Below, in pieces: positions 38,280 through 48,500 of a DNA stretch of 64,000 nucleotides (positions are counted from its first letter, which is position 1; each line of letters opens with the position of its first letter). This DNA is from Dipteris shenzhenensis (taxonomy: Eukaryota): assembly GCA_047967505.1 (NCBI GenBank), contig CM106538.1; one strand, given 5' to 3'. The notes beneath the pieces were generated by a model. The model was not told the DNA's origin, did not search any database, and saw only the letters and a list, made by a program, of their open reading frames with translations. Made by a program: the position numbers and the translations under genes.

Positions 38280-41200
38280 TGTTGAGATATCGAGCTCCAC
38301 TCGAGATATGCCAGGGTGACCGTTGGGTACTTATGTCACCGACTTGTTAGCTGGAGATGCGGTTGCTACACCGCCCATGAATAATAGCTGGATGACAGTT
38401 ATCCTTATCTACACTAGTTCGTGGCTCAGTTAGTATGCCACCTTAGTTAGTTGAGTTTGGTTTGAGACCCACATATAGGGTTCTTCTATTTCTTTGTACT
38501 AGAGTTCTTTTGGCTTTCATAACTAAGAAGAGGAAAACTGTTTTCAGCCTCCACCTTTGTGTGTATTCCCCCATTTGTGCATGTGAGAAAGCCTCAAGTG
38601 AGACTCCTTCCCTCTCTCCCACTATCTTCACATGGTATCAGAGCCTTGTTCGTGGTAAGGAGCTCAAGAAAGCAAGCCAAGTTCGTGGTGTCCTGGTAAG
38701 AGGACTAGTGTTGCTTTCCTATTTCGAGTTTGGGAGCAAATCTCTGCAGGTAGCACAGCCAGAAGTGCAGGAGTGCATTGTTTCAGATTGAGACACCCTT
38801 CGCGGTGTATACTGCGCTCTCGCCACCCCGCAAAGGGCGTCTCAATAATCAAAAAAATAAAGTGTGGTGAGAGCGCAGTATACGCTACGAGAGTGACTTT
38901 ATTTTTCTGATTTGAGGCCGTTTCGGGGCCCGTTTTGAAGGCGGAAGTTCTTCGCGGGCACTCAGAAAAAGGCCCTGTTTTTTGCTGTGCGACCACTGCA
39001 CGGCTAGTTGGTGGAAAGGTGCTGCACAAATTGCCTCGTATGCCTATGTGCAGAGATATTGGGAGTTGCAGATTCATGCCTGTTGCCTGCTGATGCAAAA
39101 TTGTCACTAGGAAGTGACTGTGTGGTGAGATACCACTTTCGTCAGTTTTGCAGATCTGCCCGTGTGAGGCAAAAAGCTGTGTTTTTTTGCAATGACAGAA
39201 TATTTTGCAGTGTTCTGTAATGGCATCTGATTCTCTTTCACAGATTGTCACTGAAAAGCTTGACAAGAACAACTTCCAGGCATGGAAGTTTAGAATGACG
39301 AATTTCTTGATGGGAAAAGGCTATTGGGAATTCATTACAGGAAATGAAGAAGAACCTGTTCTTCCTAATGTTCCCAGTCAACAGGAAATGCAGGCATTCA
39401 AAGGATGGCATGAGAGAGCCAGGAAAGTTATGTACTGGCTGTCTATCAGTATTTCGGACTCCATGATTGTGCATATTCAGGATGCAAATACGCCAAAGGA
39501 GGCATGGGATACTTTGGCAGAAATGTATAGCACATCTACGCAAGCCAGGAAAATGCAACTCAAACAGGAGTTGCACAATGTGCAGAGAGAAAATTTGAGC
39601 ATAAATGACTACCACATGAAAGTGAAGAAAATTGCAGATGCACTTGCTTCCATTGGGTCGCCAGTGGATGATGACGATTTGGTTTCTGTGACCTTGAATG
39701 GTCTAGGAAAGGATTATGCACAGTTCCGGACATCCATTGCCGTCCGTGAAAACTTTCCTGATTTTGAGGAGTTGATTGCTCTTCTAATTTCTAAAGAGCA
39801 GAGAAATGGGGGTGCATCTTCTTCAGCAGGAACTTCAAAAGAAACTGTCTTCTACTCAAATGCTAGCAGAGGTAGAGGCAGAGGTAGAGGAGGCCGATCT
39901 GCAGGGTGTGGTAGAAATCAGAATATGCAGCAAATGCAAGAAAACCAGTCCTATGCAGGAGGACGTGGGAACTCTAGAGGCAGGGGGAGCCAAAGAGGCC
40001 GTGGTGGATGGCAGAGAGGCCAAAATGCAAACAACAATATTGAATGCTACTATTGTGGCAAAATGGGTCATATGGCTAAGGACTACTATAAAAAGCAAAA
40101 TGACATTATGAATGGAAAATTGCAGCAAGGCAATTATGCATCCTCTAGTAGACAGGGTGATGACAGAAATGAGCATTTGTTTATGGTGCAGCATATGACA
40201 AATTCTGTAACAAGTGCAGAAGAAAGCAATGATGTGTGGTATGTTGACTCATGTGCGTCAAACCACATGACAGGTCACGCTGAATGGATGCAGGATGCAA
40301 GAAAAATGGAAAAACCAGGATTTGTGGAGACTGGTGATGATACTGCACATCCTATTGTGCAGATTGGCAAAATTCCTTTGTCTATGCAGGATGGGAAAAA
40401 GAAATACTTGTCTGATGTATTTCATGTCCCGAACATCACCAAGAACCTGGTTTCTGTTGGTCAGATGGTTGAGCAGGGCTTGCAGGTCAGATTTAATCCT
40501 CATGGATGCTTTGTTGAGGATATGAAAAATAATGGTCGCTTGATAGCAAAAGGAAAGAACAAGGGCAGGATGTTTACATTGGATGCAGACATGCCTGAAT
40601 TGAGTGCAGCAATGTTTGCACATGGGACCGGTGTAGTTGCAGATATTGATATCTGGCACAAACGCATTGGTCATGTTAATATACAGCGACTTAAATCAAT
40701 GCAAGCCCAAAATATTGTTGCAAAATTGCCAAAATTCAAGGTTGCAGAAATGCAAAAGATTTGTGAAGCCTGTCAATTTGGGAAACAAGCAAGGAAACCT
40801 TTTCCTAGGCATGTTCAAGAGAGTAAAAAGCCATTGGAATTAATCCACTATGATGTGTGGACTACAAAAGCTGCATCTATTGGAGGCTGTCACTATTTTG
40901 TCACATTTATTGATGACTTCAGCAGAAAACTGTGGGTGTATTTTATGAAAAAGAAAAGTGAAGTGTTTGGGCACTTCAAAGCTTTCAAAGCTATGGTTGA
41001 AAAAGAAACAGGCCTGCAAATAAAATGCCTAAGGTCAGATGGAGGGGGAGAGTACCTCTCAAATGAGTTTGCAAGGTTCTTGCAGGAGCATGGTATAAAG
41101 CAGCAATATTCATGCAGTCATACCCCACAGCAAAATGGAATTGCAGAAAGAAAAAACAGGCATATTGGAGAGGTATCTCGGGCTATGCTAAATGAAAAAG

Positions 41201-43938
41201 ATCTACCAGATTATTATTGGGCTGAAGCAGTTGCTACAGCAGTCTATATAATGAACAGGACTCCCACTGTAGCAATACATGGCATGACGCCAGAGGAGAT
41301 GTATACTGGTAGGAAACCAGATATTTCTCATTTGAAGATTTTTGGTTGCATTGCTTATGTCCATGTGCCAAATGAGTTGAGGTCCAAGTTGGATCCAAAA
41401 GCTGAGAAGTGCATCTTTATTGGTTATTCTCTGCAGCAGAAAGGGTATAGATGCTATAACCCTTCTACACGTAAGTTCACAGTGAGCAGAGATGTTGTTT
41501 TTGATGAGATGAGCAGCTGGTATAAACCAGTAAATGTGATGATTGATGTAGATGCACAAAATGGTAATGCTGCACAAAATGCACAGCAGTAATCACAAAA
41601 TATCAATGGACCTGGAGTGTCCTCTACCAGTGGTTCACATACTTCGTCATGGACAGGCAGATTGAGATCAGGAGAATCCCCTCAAAGCAATGCAGATAGT
41701 GGTACGCAGGTATCACGAAAAGGAAAAGAGAAGGTAGATCAGCCCATGTTTGATGTGAATGTAGGTCACTCTTATGTGGATCGTGAATCCAGTGGCTCAG
41801 AACAGAGCATTGATGATGAATTGGGTATTCCTTTTGTTGTTACACCTAGAGTAAGGAAGACCAGGGATGTTTTGAGAGCACCTGGAAGTGAGCCTATTTT
41901 GCGCAGGTCTACCAGGGTTAGGTATCCTGTGGATAGGCTGAAATATGATGGATTTACAGCCATTCACTATGCCTATATGGTCAAAGTGATACAGGAACCA
42001 GAACCCACTTCTTTTGAGCAAGCCATGGGAAATGAAAAATGGGAGAAAGCCATGGATGAAGAAATGGATGCCTTGGATGCTAATGCTACATGGGAATTGG
42101 TGCCTTTGCCTAAAGGCAAGAATGCAATTGGTTGTAAGTGGGTTTATAAGATTAAGCACAATGCAGATGGTTCTGTGAATAGATACAAGGCAAGATTAGT
42201 TGTCAAGGGGTATGCACAGACATATGGCATTGATTATGAAGAAACTTTCAGCCCGGTTGCAAGGATGGAAACCGTAAGAGCAGCCATTGCTATGGCTGCA
42301 TCAAAGGGATGGTCTTTACATCAGATGGATGTAAAGAATGCCTTCTTGCATGGTCTTTACATCAGATGGATGTAAAGAATGCCTTCTTGCATGGTGATTT
42401 GCAAGAAGAGGTCTTTATGGAGCAGCCAGCAGGTTATGTTCATGCTACTCATCCTGAGTTTGTTTGCAGGTTGAAGAAAGCCTTGTATGGCTTGAAGCAA
42501 GCACCTAGAGCATGGTCTGACAAGATAGGACATTATCTTGTCACTATTGGCTTTCAGATTTCCAAGGCAGATTTCTCACTCTATGTGAGAAAAACAGAGA
42601 AAGGGATTATGCTGCTGGTCATTTATGTTGATGATTTGATCATCACAGGTGATAGTGATGAAGATATCCTTCATGTGAAAATGCTATTGAGGCAGAAGTT
42701 TGAGATGAAGGATTTGGGAGAGCTGCGTTATTTCTTGGGCATTGAGGTGATTAGATCACTAAGTGGGATACAGCTCTTACAGAGGCAGTATGGATTGGAC
42801 ATGCTGTCCAAATATGGGATGACAGGCTGTAAGCCTATTTCAGTTCCTTTGGAGCAGAATGTGAAGCTGAGCACAGATGCAGGTGAGCTTCTGGAAGACC
42901 CTACTATGTACAGACGTATAGTAGGAAGTTTGATTTACATGACTATTACCAGGCCAGATTTGAGCTATGCTGTTGGGTTGGTAAGTCAGTTTATGCAGGC
43001 TCCAAGGAAACCACATTTGGATGCGGCTAGACGCATACTCAGGTATGTGAAGTCCACATTGCAGTATGGACTATTTTATGAGGCTGGGGTTCACATACAG
43101 TTGCATGGATACACTGATGCTGATTGGGCTGGTAGTATTTCTAATAGACGATCTACCAGTGGATATGTGTTCTCTTTTGGGAGTGCTGCAGTCACTTGGA
43201 GCAGCAAGAAACAGCCTACAATTGCCTTGTCGAGCACATAGGCTGAGTACAGGGGTGCAGCAATGGCTGCATGTGAGGTAGCTTGGTTGCATAAGCTACT
43301 CTATGATATGCATCAGTCCACAGATGGGCCGGTTGTCATTTATTGTGACAACATGAGCAGTATACACTTGGCAAAGAACCTAGTCTTTCATGCTAGAACA
43401 AAGCACATTGAGGTGCATTATCACTATGTGCGGGAGAAGGTTTTACTAGGTCTTATTGATCTAGTTTATGTCAGCACAGAGGATCAGGTAGCTGACATAT
43501 TCACGAAAGCATTGGGCGCAGAGAAGCTGCGCAAGTTCAGAGACCTGCTTGTTGTGTAGGATTTGGGATTGAGCTCGAGGGGGAGTGTTGAGATATCGAG
43601 CTCCACTCGAGATATGCCAGGGTGACCGTTGGGTACTTATGTCACCGACTTGTTAGCTGGAGATGCGGTTGGTACACCGCCCATGAATAATAGTTGGATG
43701 ACAGCTATCCTTATCTACACTAGTTCGTGGCTCAGTTAATATGCCACCTTAGTTAGTTGAGTTTGGTTTGAGACCCACATATAGGGTTCTTCTATTTCTT
43801 TGTACTTGAGTTCTTTTGGCTTACACAACTAAGAAGAGGAAAACTGTTTTCAGCCTCCACCTTTGTGTGTATTCCCCCATTTGTGATTGTGAGAAAGCCG
43901 CAAGTGAGACTCCTTCCCTCTCTCCCACTATCTTCACA
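38280..43938 (+). mobile_element. Ty1/copia family A copy 4 (full length, nested in gag of copy 3)
   Basis: 353-bp LTRs at 38280-38632 and 43586-43938. Perfect TSD gaatt. PBS at 38633-38644; PPT gagggggag at 43577-43585. Confidence 0.97.
39220..43625 (+). pseudogene. gag-pol polyprotein of copia A copy 4, nearly intact
   Basis: Open from ATG 39220 to a stop at 41590-41592. A 41-bp duplication frameshifts RT at 42351; further stops at 43239 and 43557. The inferred natural stop lies inside the 3' LTR. Confidence 0.93.
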
Positions 43939-44597
43939 GAATTTACTTATGGGAAAAGGCTATTGGGAGTTCATTACAGGAAATGAAGAAGAACCAATTC
44001 TTCCTAATGTTCCCAATCAACAAGAAATGCAGGCATTTAAAGGATGGCATGAGAGAGCCAAAAAAGTTATGTACTGACTGTCTATTAGTATTTCAGATTC
44101 TATGATTGTGCATATTTAGGATGCAAGTACGCCAAAGCAGGCATGGGATACTTTGGCAAAAATGTACATCACAAATACACAAGCTAGGAAAATGTAGCTC
44201 AAGCAGGAGTTGCACAATGTGCAGAGAGAAAATATGAGCATCAATGACTACCACATGAAGGTGAAGAAAATTGCAGATGCACTTGCTTCCATTGGGTCGC
44301 CAGTGGAAGATGATGATTTAGTTTTTGTGACCTTGAATGGTCTAGGAAAGGATTATGCACAGTTTCGGACATCCATTGCCGTTCGTGAAAAATTTCCTGA
44401 TTTTGAGGAGTTGTTTGCTCTTTTAATTTCTGAAGAGCAGAGAAATGGTGGTCAATCTTCTTCAGGAGGAACTTCAAAAGAAATTGTCTTCTACTCAAAT
44501 GCTGAAAGAGGTAGAGGCAGAGGTAGAGCAGGCCGATCTGGAGGCCGTGGTAGAAATAAGAATACACAGGCTGATTTGATTCTCATCTTGTTTGCAG

Positions 44598-44920
44598 CAT
44601 ATTCTCTATGCACACGGTCCATGTTTTGTACAAAATTGGGGTCCTTTGTCAATTTGGAATACACAAGGCATGGAGAAGTTGCACTATAGAGCCATGGTAG
44701 CCTACTTCAAGAACTCAAGGCATGGTGGTGTGTCACTCATAGCAATGCATTGCATGAGATGTTCGACTAGTTTTTTAGATGTCTACTAGGAAGAACTTTG
44801 AAGTATGAAAAGGCAAAGGCATTAGAACTTGCAAAAGCAGTTCAAATTGTATCAAAGAATAGAAGGCATAGTGCTTGGAAAGCATCCATAGGGAGTCAAG
44901 GAGTCGCATATGGGTTGTAA
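44598..44920 (+). pseudogene. Putative C-terminal exon of a RAG1/Transib/CMC-like DDE transposase
   Basis: Preceded by ctgat...ttgtttgcag (branch point and acceptor). Reads HILYAHGPCFVQNWGPLSIWNTQGMEKLHYRAMVAYFKNSRHGG, with a frameshift and stop afterwards. Confidence 0.5.
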
Positions 44921-45296
44921 GCTAGAGTGAGAGAAGGGAGCAGATGGGTCCAACCACCAATAGAAGCTATGGTGTAATTGTATACAAATATTTATTTAAT
45001 ATATTGTTTATTTTGACCACAATTTGTGTACTCACTCTTTAATATCTTGCTTATTTTGACCACAATTTTTGTACTCACACGACGTTGGGGAAAGTGGGGA
45101 CATGGTGAAGGAGGGGGGGGCATGGGGCAGGGCAAGGGGAGGGGTGGAGTGGTAGCAAGGGTGGGGGGAGGGGGGGATGGGTGTATGGGGGAGGGCGACG
45201 GGTGTGGGCGAGGCAAGTAGGGGGAGGGCAAGCGGGCAGAGGGCAACGAGGGTGGGGGGGGTTGGAGGGGTTAGGGTGGGGGTAGGGGGCACGATG

Positions 45297-45368
45297 AAAC
45301 CCTAAATGTAATTAAAAGGGATGTTAAAACATGATGGGCCCTTATAAAAAATTAAAAAGAACCCTAAC
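45297..45368 (+). promoter_or_regulatory. Telo-box / site II / TATA promoter-like cluster
   Basis: AAACCCTAA at 45297, TGGGCC at 45335, TATAAAA at 45343 and AACCCTAA at 45360, just upstream of ATG 45381. Confidence 0.45.
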
Positions 45369-45380
45369 TCTCATTATTCA

Positions 45381-45557
45381 ATGGCAAGAGTGAAGAACAC
45401 TACTAGACCCACTGGACGCCACCTCCACCCTTCCTCCTCTAGCTCCACCACCTCCATGGCATCTGCGCACACAAACCTATTCAGGTCTGATGGCACCTCC
45501 CCTGACTCTTGTAAGCCCTCCCCCAACTCCCCCAAGTCCCATGAGCCCACTCCCTAG
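45381..45557 (+). pseudogene. 58-codon Ser/Pro-rich ORF with a histone H3/CENH3-like N-terminus, cut by a copia insertion
   Basis: MARVKNTTRPTGRHLHPSSSSSTTS...; below the ORF-track length cut-off. Copia copy 5 starts 20 bp after the stop. Confidence 0.35.
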
Positions 45558-45576
45558 TCTCCTGAGCCTTCCTCTC

Positions 45577-48500
45577 TGTTGAGATATTGAGCTCCACTCA
45601 TGATATGCTAGGGTGACCGTTGTGCATTTATGTCACTGACTTGTTAGCCGCAAACGTGATTGGTACACCACCCATGACTAAAAGCTAGATGACAGTTATC
45701 CTTATGTACTCTAGTTCATGGCTTAGTTAGTATGCCATCTTAGTTAGCTGAGTTTGGTTTGAGACCCACATATAGGGTTCTTCTATTTCTTTGTACAAGA
45801 GTTCTTTTGGCTTTTCACAACTAAGAAGAGAAAAACTGTTTTCAGCCTCCACTTCTATGTGTTTTCCCCCATTGTGTATGTGAGAAAGCCACAAGTGAGA
45901 CTCCTTCCTTCTCTCCCACTATCTTCACATGGTATTAGAGCCTGGTTCAGTGTAAGGAGCTCAAGAAAGCAAACCAAGTTCACGGTATTCTGGTAAGAGG
46001 ACCAGTGTTGCTTTCCTTTTTTGAGTTTGGGAGCAAATCTCTGCAAGTAGCATAGCCGAAAAGTGCAAGAGTGCATTGTCTCAGATTGAGATGCCCTTCA
46101 TGGTGTGGTAAGAGGGCATTATATGCTGCAGGCAAGGGCAAAGCCCTTGGTAACTTTATTTTTCTGATTCGAGGTCATTGCGGGGCCCATTTTGGAGGCA
46201 GAAGTTCTTCACAAGCACTGAGAAAAAGGCCCTGTTTTTGTTGTGTGACCACTACTCTGTAGGTCAGTGAAAAGTTGCCACAAAAATTTCATCCTTATTG
46301 GGAGTTGCAGAATCATCCTTATTGCCTGTTGATGCAAAATCGTCACTAGGAAATGACTGTGTGGTCAAATACCACTTTTGTCAGTTTTGCAGGTTTGCCC
46401 TTGTGAGGCAGAAGCTATGTTTTTTGCAGTGACAGAATGTTTTGTAGTGTTCTGTAATGGCGTCTGATTCTCTGTCATAGATTGTCACTGAAAAGCTTGA
46501 CAAGAACAACTTCAAGGCATGGAAGTTTAGAATGACGAATTTCCTTATGGGAAAAGGCTATTGGGAGTTCATTATAGGAAATGAAGAAAAACCAGTTCTT
46601 CCCAATGTTCCCAATCAACAGGAAATGCAGGCATTTAAAGGATGGCATGAGAGAGCTAGAAAAGTTATGTACTGGCTGTCTATCAGTATTTCAGATTCTA
46701 TGATTGTGCATATTCAGGATGAAAGTATGCCAAAAGATGCATGGGATACTTTGGCAAAAATGTATAGCACAAATACGCAAGCCAAGAAAATGCAGCTCAA
46801 GCAGGAGTTGCACAATGTGCAAAGAAAAAATATGAGCATCAACGACTACCACATGAAGGTGAAGAAAATTGCAGATGCACTTGCTTCCATTGGGTCGCCA
46901 GTGAAAGATGATGATTTAGTTTCTGTGACCTTGAATGGTCTAGGAAAGGACTGTGCATAGTTATGGACATCCATTGCCGTCCGTGAAAAATTTCCTGATT
47001 TTGAGGAGTTCTTTTCTCTTCTAATTCCTGAAGAGCAGAGAAATGGTGGTGCATCTTCTTCAAGAGGAACTTCAAAAGAAACTGTCTTCTACTCAAATGC
47101 TAGAAGAGGTAGAGGAAGAGGTAGAGGAGGCCGATCTGGAGGCCATGGTAGAAATCAGAATATGCAGCAAACTCAAGAAAACTAGTCCTATGGAGGAGGA
47201 CGTGGTAACTCCAGAGGCAGGGGGAGCCAAAGAGGTTGTGGTGGATGGCAAAGAGGCCAAAATGCAAACAGCAATGTTAAATGCTACTATTGTGGTAAAA
47301 TGGGTCATATGGCTAAAGACTGCTACAAAAAGCAGAATGACATTATGAATGGAAAATTGCAGCAAGGCAATTATGCATCCTCTAGTAGATATTGGGAGTT
47401 AAAAAATCATCCTTATTGCCTGTTGATGCAAAATCATCACTAGGAAGTGACAGTGTGGTTAAATACCACTTTCGTCAGTTTTGCAGATTTGCCCTTGTGA
47501 GGAAAAAGCTGTGTTTTTTGCAGTGATAGAATATTTTGCAGTGTTCTGTAATGGCGTCTGATTCTCTTTCACAGATTGTCACTGAAAAGCTTGACAAGAA
47601 TAACTTCCAAGCATGGAAGTTTAGAATGACGAATTTCCTTATGGGAAAAGGCTATTGGGAGTTCATTACAGGAAATGAAGAAGAACCAATTCTTCCTAAT
47701 GTTCCCAATCAACAGGAAATGCAGGCATTTAAAGGATGGCATGAGAGAGCCGGAAAAGTTATGTACTGACTGTCTATCAGTATTTCAGATTCTATGATTG
47801 TGCATATTCAGGATGCAAGTACGCCAAAGCAGGCATGGGATACTTTGGCAAAAATGTACATCACAAATACACAAGCTAGGAAAATGTAGCTCAAGCAGGA
47901 GTTGCACAATGTGCGGAGAGAAAATATGAGCATCAATGACTACCACATGAAGGTGAAGAAAATTGCAAATGCACGTGCTTCCATTGGGTCGCGAGTGGAA
48001 GACGATGATTTAGTCTTTGTGACCTTGAATGGTCTAGGAAAGGATTATGCACAGTTCGAGACATCCATTGCCATTCGTGAAAAATTTCCTGATTGTGAGG
48101 AGTTGTTTGCTCTCTTAATTTCCGAAGAGCAGAGAAATGGTGGTGCATCTTCTTCAGGAGGAACTTCAAAAGAAATTGTCTTCTACTCAAATGCTGAAAG
48201 AGGTAGAGGCAGAAGTAGAGTAGGCCGATCTGGACGCCATGGTAGAAATCAAAATACGCATCAAACTCAAGAAAACCAGTCTTATGGAGGAGGACGTGGT
48301 CACTATAGAGGTAGGGGAGCCAAAGAGGTCGTGGTGGATGGCAGAGAGGCCAAAATGCAAAAAGCAATGTTGAGTGCTACTACTGTGGTAAAATGGGTCA
48401 TATGGCTAAAGAGTGCTACAAAAAGGAGAATGACGTTATGAATGGAAAATTGCAGCAAGGCAATTATCCATCTTCTAGTAGACAGGGTGATGATAGAAAT

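Larger units (their letters stand above)
37358..44568 (+). mobile_element. Ty1/copia family A copy 3 (5' LTR + gag, 3'-truncated), interrupted by copy 4
   Basis: LTR 37358-37709, PBS 37710-37721, leader and gag start up to 38279. Gag resumes at 43944 and breaks off at ~44568. Confidence 0.92.

Noticed and set aside
38443-38791. Recurrent small ORFs in LTRs (MGEYTQRWRLKT..., MRPTYRVLLFLC...)
   Set aside because: They recur only because the LTRs are near-identical. Starts and stops vary between copies and no domain is recognisable.
44992-45292. Pro-rich and Gly-rich ORFs
   Set aside because: Low-complexity translations of the G-run tract.
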